NCBI GenBank assembly: GCA_044892525.1
Contig: CM097887.1
Span: forward strand, 140,904,397 to 140,968,396
Length of the DNA stretch: 64,000 nt
Direction: 5' to 3'
DNA from: Schmidtea polychroa
Lineage: Eukaryota
Shown: one piece after another, positions 34,322-47,900 of the stretch
Layout of the letters: every line of letters starts with the position of its first letter
Position numbering within the stretch: position 1 is the stretch's first letter
The notes under the pieces: generated by a model
Seen by the model: the letters and a program-made list of their open reading frames with translations, nothing else
Told to the model about the DNA's origin: nothing
Databases searched by the model: none
Translations under genes and position numbers: made by a program

Positions 34322-37300
34322 GCTTAGGTATATAAATAATGTTATTATTAGTAGCTATAGATAAGTAGTTAAGGGGGGGGGGGTGATTGGTATAATTATA
34401 TTTGATAAAATTTTTCGCAGAATATATTTCTGAATCGTATCTATAAGTATAATTATATTTTATAAGCAAAATATATTTTTAAATCGTATGTATAAGTATA
34501 ATTATATCTTATAAGCACATTTTCTAATTATATTTTCTAATTATATTTTAATTATATTGCATGAAATTTTTAAGCAGAATATATTCCTAAATCGTATACA
34601 CAAGTATAATTATATGAATATTAATATATAAGCTAAGAATCAATTTATAAAATTAGAATTTATACATTTTATCAGCAATATATATGTTTTCATGAACAGC
34701 ATATATGGGGAAATTGATTTGCATAATCATGATCGATAAACTTCTTAAGCTACGTATATTAGTAAATATAAGTGATATAAATATTTATACATGAGATATT
34801 ATAGGGATTGATAAAATTAGAAAATTATAATTGAATCATTATTCATAAACCGTTATTTATTAAATTCAATATAAATTTTTCACCAAATTTAGCATTTATC
34901 TACACCCGATCTATAATTTAAGGAAAGGTTTCATTTCATTAATTTCGAACTACCAAAATTGATTTTAGTTAATAAATTGTGGATTCCCATATCACGCATA
35001 TGCATTTCGTAGCGTTCTAAGCTACATTTGTTTTCTTATGACATAATTTTCGTTGTCGACATTTAGTCCTTTCTGTGATCATTTGTTCATTATTCCTGAA
35101 CCTGAACTGGTCATGGTAATCATTGGTGAATCATAATACTTCACTTTAACTTTCCATTCTCGCTCCGAAATGCATAGGCGCAATATAAGTTCCACACACC
35201 AATTGGCATCTTTAATGATATTAGATTTAACCAACTACAATTTGTATTAGACAGTGTGACTATTTGAGTCTGGAGCTTTACTCCGTTTATAATACCTAGT
35301 GCATTTGTGTTGATTTTTAGTGTGCAGGTTATATGTGTTTATATATGAAAACAAAGTCGATTTAGGGAAAGTTGCTTGCTTTCGTGGCCTCACTGTGCTC
35401 ACTACAACTAGCCCTAATGTGTATGTACATCGGTAATATACTACCGTTATATAATATCGATAACGAGTTCTAAGAACTCCATCGCCCAGAGGTAATTCAT
35501 AGACGAACCCAGTGGCCTATACTACCGAGTCAGTAAGACCTCCGACGACCCCGCAATATATTATAGAAAGGTGGGTGCCAAGCAGTGGTCTGCATACGTC
35601 AAGGCTGCGTGCTCAGTGACGTTGTAGTTTAATGACTTTGATATAAGACGGATCAAAATCGAAGATGTCTTCATTCGATGTTAATCCCTCTTGCATACTA
35701 ATAAAAAAGGGAACAAATTTAAAGATTCATAGTCATATTAATAATAACAATTAAACAATCAATCGTTCTTACTTTCCAATAAAAATTCGAAATCAACGTT
35801 CAACAAAATAAAATTGGCATACCGAGTGTTTTGTGACTGAAATGCGTTAGTATATATACCTATTTTTGTGTGTGCAAGTACGCGTGTATGTATTGATGCA
35901 TTAAAACAAACTCGAATTCTTTTTATTCTAGAATTTTCTATTTTCTATTTTTGATGATTTTAATGGCAATCAATTAACATAAGTACATATAATTGAACAT
36001 CTCTTACTTGAAATTTTCCGAGCGATGTTCTCAGTTACAAAAAAAATTTGGCATAAAAGAATAATCTGTGACTGAAACGTGTATATACCTGGTTTTTGGT
36101 GTGTGAGTTTGTGTGTTTGCGTTAGTGCAGTAAAAGAAATCCTAATTCTTTTTATTCGAGAAGTTTCTAATTTCAATTTTTATCAATTTTCTTGGCGATT
36201 TTTCCGTAATAATTTTTGTTTTATTTTTCAAAATTTTATTTTGTAATTATTTTTTGCTAAAATTACCTCCATGATGGATTTGGGCATTTCCAGAACATTC
36301 CATGTTAGTTTCAATCTAATTCTTAATTTTTAAATTGTTTTCTGAAACTTTTCTTGAAATTTTTTTATTTTTTATTACTTATATTAGGTCTTTCGGCGGC
36401 CATGATGGATTTCGTCATTTTTATGGATTGTTCTGGAATTTTTTTAATCTAAATTAGTTGTAATTTTCTCTAACTAAGTTTTTGTTTAATTTTGGTTTAA
36501 TTCTTTCGGATCGCCTTGGTTCGGATTTGTTTTTGGTTAGTTTATGTTTCTTGGTTATATTTAAGTATAATACTGCTTGTTATGTTTCATTTTACTTTTA
36601 TTTAGATGTCTTATCTTTTGTGTGTGTTTTTCTTTCTTAATATTGTTTAGTTGGTGTTTTTAGATATTTGGATTTTTACTAAACTTAGTGCTGAATTGCA
36701 TGCTATGTACCGATACCTTTCAGTTACGAACTTATTTGTGGGTCTAGAAATCAGTTCTAGCCCAACAGTTCTAATTTCTTTCAGAGAACTACCGTACAAC
36801 TACTGAGAAACTCAAGTGCCGCTGCTGCACCATGGAGACCTCTTAGTTTCAGCTGGAACCAAACAAATAATCCAACTATTATTGCAAGCCGTCCAGGATC
36901 ATGCAGAAATCAGGGCGCTGAAAGTCAGAATACGATAGTTGGAAAGTTAATCTAACGAGCTTGAGGTCGGTTGTTATGTAACGGAGCAGGCTATCCCGCA
37001 GTGTAACAAAGTGAGCGAATGACGGAACTAAGAATCCAACCAGCTTGACAGGAAAACATGAAAGGCGAGAAAATGAAAGCTCGCCAGGCCACATGTGCAC
37101 AAGGAAGCCCGTATTGTCGGGCACTCCAGTCGAGATTTGGACAAAATCGATATGAATAAAACTGTGTGATCAGAATAAATGTATATTTCGATTGTCGTGT
37201 TGTAGAAAAAACGAGAATTCAAATTTTCTTGGCATTATCAATTTAAAATCCACTTATTGATGTAATGATATAAATATACATTGCTAAGAGCTAACTTGGC

Positions 37301-38918
37301 ATTCGCGAAAGTGTTGACAAGTGAAGCTAGTTTAGAGTCGCAGAGAATACAATGGCGCCTGCCTATTGAGAAATAGTTGACTTACGAACTCACCTCTATC
37401 ACACTGTAGATAGTAAATAAAGTTTAACCTAATGTAACATAACTTCTTTTGGTAAAGATTTTATTGACTAACCAAAATAAAGACGGGCAATTACCTTCTA
37501 AAGGTGGTCCGCGAACACATTTAAATGCTCAACAATTATAGCGTACAAAGTTTCGCTCAATTTTCGCGAGTATTCACTCCCCCGCCCCCCGGAACGGTTC
37601 CAACTCTGATCATTCAACGGGTGTCGAATTGAAAAGCAACATTGTATTCTGAGTTGCACCAGTGACAACACGACGGGTAAGATGTAAATTACCTCGACCT
37701 CCTCAATCTCATGTGGCTCAGTTCACTATTATCATTTTTTTTCAATCCAGTCTAGTGGACAATTCTTATTTTAAGAATTATAATATATACCGATACGTTA
37801 CCTTCTATAATGGGATCAGTTATCTTCATTTACCTGGACGACCATATGAACAGTGATGTAACTTTCCTTGCTTGATGTATGTGATTACTTAAGTTATCAT
37901 CTCTTAGGTTCTCCAATGATTTATGGATTTTAATTGAATAATTAATTTGTTTTTTTTGGTTTCAGTCCTTCCTAGGAACCTTCCATCATTTTAAAACTAT
38001 TTTATTGGCTACCGGTTACCACCTCAGCCCTGTCCATAAAGTATTGTTTCCATATTTTTAAATATTTAATTCATTTTTAATTAATTTCTCAAAAATTTCC
38101 AATTTTTGTCATTTTTTCATTTTTTCATTTTCATTTTACCTCAACAAAGTGAGATTATGTTGGGACAAAATCCCATAAGGCCGAAGAAGTTTAGATTATA
38201 CGGAAATCGGGTCAACATTTATTCGGAAAATATTGATTTATTTTATATTATTTATCAAAATGACTTCACAACCAATGAACAGATAACAAATAAGGAGGAT
38301 TCCAGACTATGAGTAGTATGTTTTAGCTAACATATGTCAGGGGTCTGTTTTGTTTTTACCTAAAGCATTTGATTTAAGCAATGCAAGTAATAACAAATCT
38401 GAGCGGACGCGGTAAGGCTGATCCAAATTTTATGATAACAAAAAAGAGTAAGAATATTATTTTGATTCCAAATACATAATTTTTATTTTCGTATGACCAA
38501 TATTTATTATGGCTAGAAGGGTAATGTTCTCATACTCACACATGGATTACAAAAACGGGGTAAATTTTTCAACTTCTTTAACCTGCTATCTGGAAGATAA
38601 GTTTTGTCCAATTTATTTGGAGATATGGGCAAAATTTATTTTTAAAAGGCTTGGTGTGTGGTAAGTACGTATACTCTAATATTTAAAATTAAAAAAAAAC
38701 TTTTGGCTTTTTTTTTGGCTTTTTAAATGTTATAAAATTTTAATCAAATATTTTACATGCTATTTTTGATTAAAAATAAAATGTTCATGAATTTTATTTT
38801 GAACGATATTTTAAATTCAATGTCCAAATCATAATTCAAACTTGCGAAAATTTTGAATGAACTTTGTTTGATTGAAGCAAATAAATAATTTTCCTATAAA
38901 TAATTATAATTCATAAAT

Positions 38919-41900
38919 ATGAATGTAACAAATTCAATTGTTGATTTTTTCCAAGGAAATCCTTTTAACAATCCAATTGGATCACTTATAGGTTTTATAT
39001 TAAATAAATAATAAAAATTAAGTAAAAAAAACTTTTAGAAAAATCAACTGATAGTAAAAATGGATCGGAAAATTGGACATTGTTTATGGAAGTATGTGAT
39101 GTAATCAATTCAATGGAAGATGGGTATAATTTTATCAGCAAATTGCATATTTTAATTATTTCTAGACCTAGATTAGGAATCAGAGCAATCAAAAGGCGTT
39201 TCACTACTGAGATAAATAAAGATCCAACTGTTATTTTATACACATTAACTCTGTTAGAAACATGCGTTAAAAATTGCGGTTATAGATTCCATATAGTAGT
39301 TTGCAATAGAGATTTTCTTCAAGAATTTGAGAAGATAATTTTAAATAATTTAAATGTACAACAAAACCGATTAGAAATACCGATAATAGTTCGCAACAGG
39401 GTTCTATATTTGATACAGGTTTAGAATTTATTTTAATGAAAAGAGTGTGAAGTTAATTATACGTAAATTTATTATTTATATTAAAATTTTAATGCCAAAA
39501 TAATTAACATTTCCGTAATTTAATTGTTTTATCATTTTTTAAAATTTTCTATCAATAATCTGAGACAAATATCTCATAAATAGACTTTGAGTAGTTAAAT
39601 GACACTTGAAAGCGGATAGAATAGAGTGAATATGATTTATTGATTACAATACAAAATTTATCGATTGTAATTTTGTTAAATTCAAATAGAAAAAAACTCA
39701 TTTGCATATTCTTTGAAAGGTTAATTTCGATAGAAAATGGTTCCTGCTCGTTTATTTAGTGAAATATAAAAAATAATTTTTAATAAAATTTTTTTAAAAA
39801 TTTTTTATTGTTTCGTTTTTTTTTATTTATTAAAAATTATTATTTAATTTAAAGAGAAAAAAATTGTGTTTAATTAAACGAAAATTTATGGTAAATTATT
39901 TTATTTATAAATTATTTGAAAGAAATACCAAAATAGTGATAAAAGTAACCCGAGGGGGGCAATGGTGCACAATTTATGCTTTTAGATGTTTAATGGGTTT
40001 TCGGGTCTCTAGTTACTTCTGAGTTAATGATGAACGATTTAGATCGTTTTAAAAACTGGTTTTCATATTTTTCGCAAAGATACAATGAGAATCAATTTGA
40101 TAGGTCGAAAAATAAAATTTACAAAAATGTTACTAAAATAAAAAATAAACATATTAGAGTTGACGCCAATTTTAATCGATAAATTAGCTCGGTAACAAAA
40201 AAGTTTCTATAGCAACGGTATAACAATGGGGTAGCGAAAGCACAATTATATTGATCTAAAATAATAATAATGATCGATAATATTCACCACTACCAAAAAT
40301 AAATCGATAAAAATACACTACAAGTGCCACGAGAATGTCATGTTGTAAAAATGAACAGATTTATTGAATAAAGAAATTTTTAAAAGAAATCCAATAGAAT
40401 ATAGTTACAATGAGGAGAAGGATAGAAAAATGAATATCTCATTACTAGATCTTAAAAAGCTATAAAGAAAGTATAAAATATATTTTAATATAAATTGAAT
40501 TAAAAAATCAATTTTAAATTGTATTGATTTCTTATACAAAAATTTTTAATATATTTTTATTTAAACCCGATAAAATCATTGCCTAACGCATTTCATCAAA
40601 CTTTAAAACGATTTGTGTTAGAATGTGATATTAGATAGCATGTAATCCTTGTTTCAGAACTAAGACATGCAAGACGAAAACAGATGAAGGGAAAATTGCC
40701 AATATAAAAATTGCCTATGAGAACTCAAGTTTCTATTAAATAGAAAAATAGTTTTAAATTAAACTAGTTTTTATTTTCACAATATAATGAAATAAATTGA
40801 AACAACATTTGCAATTGTCTCTTTATTATAACTAGAGTTGCTACACGTCCTACTTTCGATAGAGCAGTCCTACAACTTGGATATTTGTCCTACGTACTTC
40901 ACGAAAGGGAAATTGCCCTACTTTGAACCATTTTCCCTTTAGATTTAACAAAAAAAATGTTAACGAGAAAAATGTTTCTCGTTAAAATTCAAAGCAAAGG
41001 CATCTAGGAAATTTTTTAAACATGTATTTGAATTTATTTATTTTTATAAAATCAGTTTTAATAAAGATTTGTTAAAATTAAGTATTAAATAAAGAATTGA
41101 AATTATTTAAAATATTATTTAGAATATCATTAAAAATTTAAAAATACATTTTTAACAACTATACTGCTAAAATGAACATTACAACAAAAAAAAGAAATCT
41201 TATTTTAATGATAGCTGGCTACAAGAGTACAAATTACTCAAAAAATGCCACACGTCCTACTTTCGGTAAGACAGTCCTACAATTTGGATATTTGTCCTAT
41301 GTACTACATGAAAGGGAATTTGGTTATTGATTTGTCCTACTTTGAGCCTCTCAACATGTGGCAATAGCATATTTTTGATCAAAGGATTCCTACAAGTCTA
41401 AATTTCATCTTATTTTATGCATGTACTGCACAAAAAAGTTTACTTTATATTTGCATTTTTATTGTTATTTTGCCCAAAAATACTAATAAAATTCAATCAG
41501 AAATTCTGTAAATGTATAGAAAATCATGAATACTTTATTGGTTGATGACAGAAAAAGAATTGCGAAACTTTAAGGAATCTTGTAATATTTTATCGTAAAG
41601 TTTTCCTTAATCGAAATAACTTGTGATACAATTAATGAAATTAGAAAAAAATATATTTTACTTCACACTCAAATAACGGTAAATGATGTTCAGTTTATCG
41701 TAATTATTGCTAGACATGGTATGAATTTTTCAAGGGTCAACCGGATTTTAAAGAAATTGAGTTACTATACATATATCTGCTTGAATGTGGGGTTCAATTT
41801 CCAATGACCGATTTGACCGCTATGTCACCAATTAATACTCCTAAAATAGTAAGAAATTGACTATCCAGAAAATATAAATTTACGTGACTGTTTAGAATGT

Positions 41901-44900
41901 ATCAACTACAAAGCCAGTCGTATCCAATAAACTAAATGGCGATACCTCGACAATTGTTCCAGTAAGATTTATGTATTGTATATCTCATTAATCACTTAAT
42001 AATTAATAATCTCAAAGAATCTTTAATTAAACAAATTCAATATCATTAATTGTTAATTATTTTCTCCCGTTTTTATCCAACAGTAAATTTTAAGTAAAAA
42101 TTTTAAGTAAATTTTAACTAAAAACTCTAATTTGCAACTAAATTTATAATTTTTTGTCAGAATTAAAATAAATGAAATATCAAAATAAAGATAAATGCAA
42201 TTATTTTATTAATCTTCTATCGATTAACAATCTATTTATCTATTATGAAATTCAAATTTTGATTGTTTTATCCAATATTAAACAATTAAATGATAATATA
42301 AGTCTTTTGCTGCGAAGTATATATTAAATAAAATAAAAGAATTTTGAACTATAAAATATTCTTTCATTTTATTAAATAAATACCTCGCGGAAAAAGGCTT
42401 AAATTTTCATTTAATTGTTTAACATTCAATTAATGCTGATTCCAAGAAATCATCTCTTTATATCTATCCAATATTAAAACAAGGTATTTAAAATTTTGAC
42501 AATAATGCAATTATCGACCATATAGTCTTAAAATAATTAAACTTAAAAGAATGTAAAAGGAATAACATAATACCCAAAGGCCTTTTATTCACAAACAAAA
42601 TCAAGTCCACTTTTCCATCCAAACAAGTACTCAAACTTAAAGAAAAACAGGTAAGAGAATGGCTAACACTCAGCATCTCAGCATGTTATAACAGGATAAA
42701 CTATTGGACCACAAGTTGTTGCCAATCTGCCAAATCTTTCTAAAGAACTCGGCTTTCACAAACATAAAATATTAAACAAGCTAATTCCAAAAACATCTAA
42801 GGACTTAGAAATAACTCGACCTCTTATATACAAATCCGATAAAATCTTCACAAAAGCACAAGAAAATCTTCTTAGTAAGGGACCAGTTTTTGTTCCATCA
42901 ACAACCAAAAAAATCTTAACAAAGCTGGAATTAAAAGACAAATATGATTAAATCTAAAAACAAAATTAAAAACAAAATCTCACCCAGAATCTTCTATCAT
43001 CGTTGAAAAATACAATCATCTTCTCAATCCGAATTGTAGAACATACGTCAACATGCCAGACCTTTCAAATGATATCGACGAGAAGATTAGCAGTTTGGAA
43101 AATGACCTTAATTTAAATATATTTGTTGATTCATAGTTAAGCTTTTTAATAAATAAGTGTAGAGAGTGTAGAGATGAAGACTTCACATTATTATGACAAA
43201 CATTTTGACTTTTGTCATTTTGATTGTAGTTTCATTAAAAGATTTAAGATTTTTCAGAAAAAGGTTGCGTGCAAGTGTCTAGATATTGGAATCAACGAAA
43301 ATATTGGAATATCTTTAAATATTGAATTCTTTTTTTATATTTAAAGTCTAACAAACCTTACATTATTCTTTATAATGAAAATAGTAAATGATGACGATAA
43401 AGTTTATTTGAATACCAAAAAGTTCATTTGCAAATTAAAAAAGATAGTCGTCAATTTTGACCAAAATGGATAAATAAAATAAAAATATGTGGAAAAAAAT
43501 ATAAAAAAGGCAAATTTAAATTAACAATTATTAAAACTTCAAATTATAAAAAATAAAAAAAGCCAAATTTTGATGGATTTGCACACCAACCTGTATTATA
43601 GATGTTATTATTCAATGCAAACAGGTATATATAATCTATTCTGAATTATTTCTGGATTTAATACGGTCCTTAAAGATATCTAATATTGAAATATTTCTCA
43701 GTGCCTGGTAAGTCAGTCATGGTACACATTTTCTGGGAACGGAATCGCTGATACAAAGCACATGATAATAGAAAATCAATAAATACCAAATAAAATACAC
43801 GTTATAAAAGCAATGTAATCTGGTTACATTATTCACTAACTACCTGATTTTTTTTTAAAAGTAAAAAGGAGATCAAAAATAAAATAAATAATCTCGTACA
43901 TTATTTTACAAGTAATTACGTAAATATCAGTTATCCCTTCGAATTTGATTATTCATATTCAACCAATTACATAATAACTTTCTGATTGAATTAGTTTATA
44001 TTATTGGTAAATAGAACTTCACCAATGTGCTTTATTTATGATAATTTAAATTTCATTTTCACCCTTTAAAATTGTGCGGTTAAATTTTGCACAAGTTTCA
44101 TGTTTAATTTATGAGAAATTTTACAGTTACAATGATAGCGTAAACAGGGGTTCTCAAAGTGTGGGTCACAGATTTAAAACAAATTTAAAACATTTCCCAT
44201 CGAGAAACACACAAAAATTGATATTCACATAGAACTTATTTTTTTACTTGGTTACTTTGTATTGGTTTTCGAATGTAAATTTTAAATTTTATCTGTAAAT
44301 GTTTTATTAATCAAATAGTGTTTAATAGATTATAAGGTATCTAAATTTACTATAAATGAAAGAACTTATGAAGTATATGATGTTGAAAATTGTTTTGTAT
44401 AATATAGATGACGGACACATATTTATACACACTTTAATCACATTAAAAATCATTTTATTATTTGGTGATTGTTGAAGCGAATAATGTGTTTATTAAAATA
44501 ATAGTTAGTTTTCTTCATAGTTAGTTTTCAGGTTACTACAATTATGTATTATTAATTTAATAATCAATTTCATAATTTAATAATCAATTTAATAATTTCA
44601 TAATTTTTCAGTTAACAAATTTAAAACAAGTACTAATTTATCCAGCTAGGATTAAATAAGAAATTGAACAAATAAGATGAAATATTTCATAAAATATTTC
44701 TATTTTTTAAATTGAATACATGAAATTTTGGGAACCGCTGTAATACACAAAGAGATGATCTTAATCAGACTTGTTCAACACAATCTTTGACGAGTTTCGG
44801 AAATGATATTTTTTTCATAAAAAATTATAATTAAGATAAAACAGAAAAAAGTATAAAAAAAGTATAAACTGGGTGTCATTATGAACTATATTAAAAATAA

Positions 44901-47900
44901 TAAATTTACGATCTTTAGAACAAAAAGATAGGCAGGGTATTTTAATTCATTATTTTAAAATATAAAATACAAATTTTGAGCATCCGTTTGGTATGAAAAC
45001 CTGAAAAATCAACAAAAGTGTGCAAAGATTAAATAATGGATAAATTTAGTAAACTCTAAATATGAAGAAAAATAAATAATATTTAGTAGAAATAGAATAG
45101 AATAGATTAATTTAATTATTTTCAGAATGACTAAAATTTTTCCATATTAATATAATAGAGCAGTAATATGAAATCAGTGCCGGATTTTCCTCTAGGCTAT
45201 CTAGGCTTCAGTCTAAGGCCTCAAGATCAAGAGGGGCTTATATTCAAATTGTTAGCAAAATTAAAATTACACTATTCGGAGTTGCGATAGTATAGCAAAA
45301 ATTTACAACGACCAAAAGTTTGACAAAAGCTGGTTTATAATGATGATTTGTAATAAAAATTAGTAAAAATCAGAATAAAATAATAATAAAGTAATTGTGA
45401 GGTCTTTAATATAAAATAAATTAAAACTTCATATAATAAATTTTTATTTAAATAAATCCACAATAGGCATTTGAAATCATCTTTATTATCTTGCGAATCT
45501 AATAATAAAAAAAAATAATAATTAATAATAAATAGTAATAAATTAAACAATGAAAATTTAACTAAATTTAGCCACCAGATTCCCCAGTTGCTAAATCACA
45601 ACCACCGATACATATGTCTTCAGAAGACATAATAAATAAATTATCAAAAGAACTACATAAAGTTCAATGCAATCTTGACGTGATGTGTGAGTTAATGAAC
45701 GAATATTTACCAACAGAACACATTCCAGACAACGTTTTGAGTTTAATGAAAGTTTGAAATTTGTACTTCTCCTAAATTCCAAGTAAGAATACGTTTAGAA
45801 TCTGTTTGCTGTTAACAGTGAGATGCAAAAGCGATTATTGAAATTAATTAATCGTTGGGAGGAAACACAATTAAAGGAGTCTTCTATTCTTTTTGATATG
45901 CTACGAATCAATGACGAAATGAATAGCGCTCTTGCACAATATGGAAGATATGAACGCACCATTGCTGGAGCAGGAAATGTAATTTATAGTTTCTGTTTCA
46001 TTGCAATTTTATATTTATTCATATTTATTAATTTTCTCTTATGAATGAATTGTGAATTAGTTATTAGAAAGCCATTTACGATATATTTGGACAGTTTTCA
46101 TTGTCATTACCAGGTAAGATAGAAAAAAACTATTGATATTATAGATTTTAATAATTTTTGGAAACGTGTAATTTGTGAAGCTTTATTGATAAAATCATTG
46201 AATCCGATAATTAATATGCAAAATGCTGTTATTTTAAATTATTGAGTTAAATAATTTTTAAAGTTAATATTAAAAAAAATATTAAAAATTCAATCACTTG
46301 AAAAAAGCTGAGTCGAAAATTCCTGAATATCAAAAAAACATCGATATATTTATTGATTCATAGTCAATTTTTTAATAAATACAATGTTAATATTAAAAAT
46401 TAATATTTTAAAATCTTTAAATATATTTATTATAAATTGAAATATAATTGATTATTTAAATTTAAATTTTGAAAATATATTTTCTTAGAGAAAAATTAAT
46501 AAAATCTGTTTATAAAGTCTATAATATTTACACTTGAAGGCCCAACGATAGGCTCTTATTCCAAACCTACTTTAAAACTTTGTTTCATAGACTTTGTAAA
46601 TTTTAAATTTTACATAAATTAGTAATATCACTGATTAGTATTAGTAGCCCAAATAAGATCATTGATCAGTATTGGTAGCTGAAATAAGATCACTGATCAG
46701 TATTGGTAGCTCAAATAAGATCACTAATTAGTATTATTAGCTGAAATAAGATCACTGATCAGTATTATTAGCTGAAATAAGATCACTGATCAGTATTGGT
46801 AGCTCAAATAAGATCACTAATTAGTATTATTAGCTGAAATAAGATAACTGATTAGTATTTGTAGCCCAAATAAGATCACTAATTAGTATTATTAGCTGAA
46901 ATAAGATCACTGATCAGTATTATTAGCTGAAATAGGATCACTGATAAGTATTAATAACTCAAATGAGATCACTAATCAATATTAGTAAATAAGATCAAAA
47001 TTTTTGAATAATTTTCTATTTTATATCTAAATGAAACCTTTATATCTGCAAAAAGTTTGAATGTGGTTTTAAAATTTTCTACTAAAGGGTCTGAAGTGAA
47101 GACAAATATGTATATCATTATTAGCAAACAAATCACTGTTAAGTGCATGTGAGGTGTTTTCAGTTGAGAGTTCAATATTTCAAAAAATTATTAAGATAAT
47201 TTTAAATGATAAATAATTGACTATTTAAAATAACTTTGAAAATAATTTTGAAACTGAAATTTTTAAATTTTTAAATTAAACAAGCTTTTTAACCAGATCA
47301 TTTTTAAATAAATATATTTTAAATATCGAAATTTTAATAAATGATTTTTTGGAATATTTTATTCAACGCTGAAAATTTGTTTGGAGATTATACAATATTT
47401 CATTAAATAAAAACTTGGAATTATGTCGTTAACTTTTGAATCGGATTTAAAAAATAATTTAGAAGATGTGTTAGCAGCTTCTAATAGTGCAAATGGTTTT
47501 ATTGTATATAATTTTAAAGAAGAATTTAATTTTTGAGTTATACCAACAAGACTTACTGTGGTTTGTGCATCGGTTTATATCTCAGCGATTTTTCATTGCA
47601 CGATATTATTAGGAATTGGGGTTTTTCTTGACACTGTACTTACGTCCTTTTTATAACTTTTTCGTAATTTTTATGGAAAGAAATAATAATTCTTCGACAA
47701 GGTTGTGTGATTTTTCTTTTTTTGCAATAAGTTGTGAAATCTCATAAGATTCCTGTAATCGATTACTAGCAGATGGTATTACGCAAGTTTTAACGTCAGG
47801 TTTGAGTATAACAATTTAAAAATTTATCCTTTAGACTTTCGATATTTATACCAATAATCTTTCTTTTTTTATACTTTTTATTTAACGTATATCCTTTGAA

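Noticed and set aside
37430-37860. PPT (GGGGGGCGGGGGAG|TG) plus LTR start on the minus strand at about 37578
   Set aside because: No second LTR copy, the upstream integrase similarity is too weak, and a plus-strand LTR reading is equally possible.
42302-42425. Candidate TOM1 exon (KYLAEKGLNF)
   Set aside because: It contains an in-frame TGA. The exon at 41714-41848 matches TOM1 far better.
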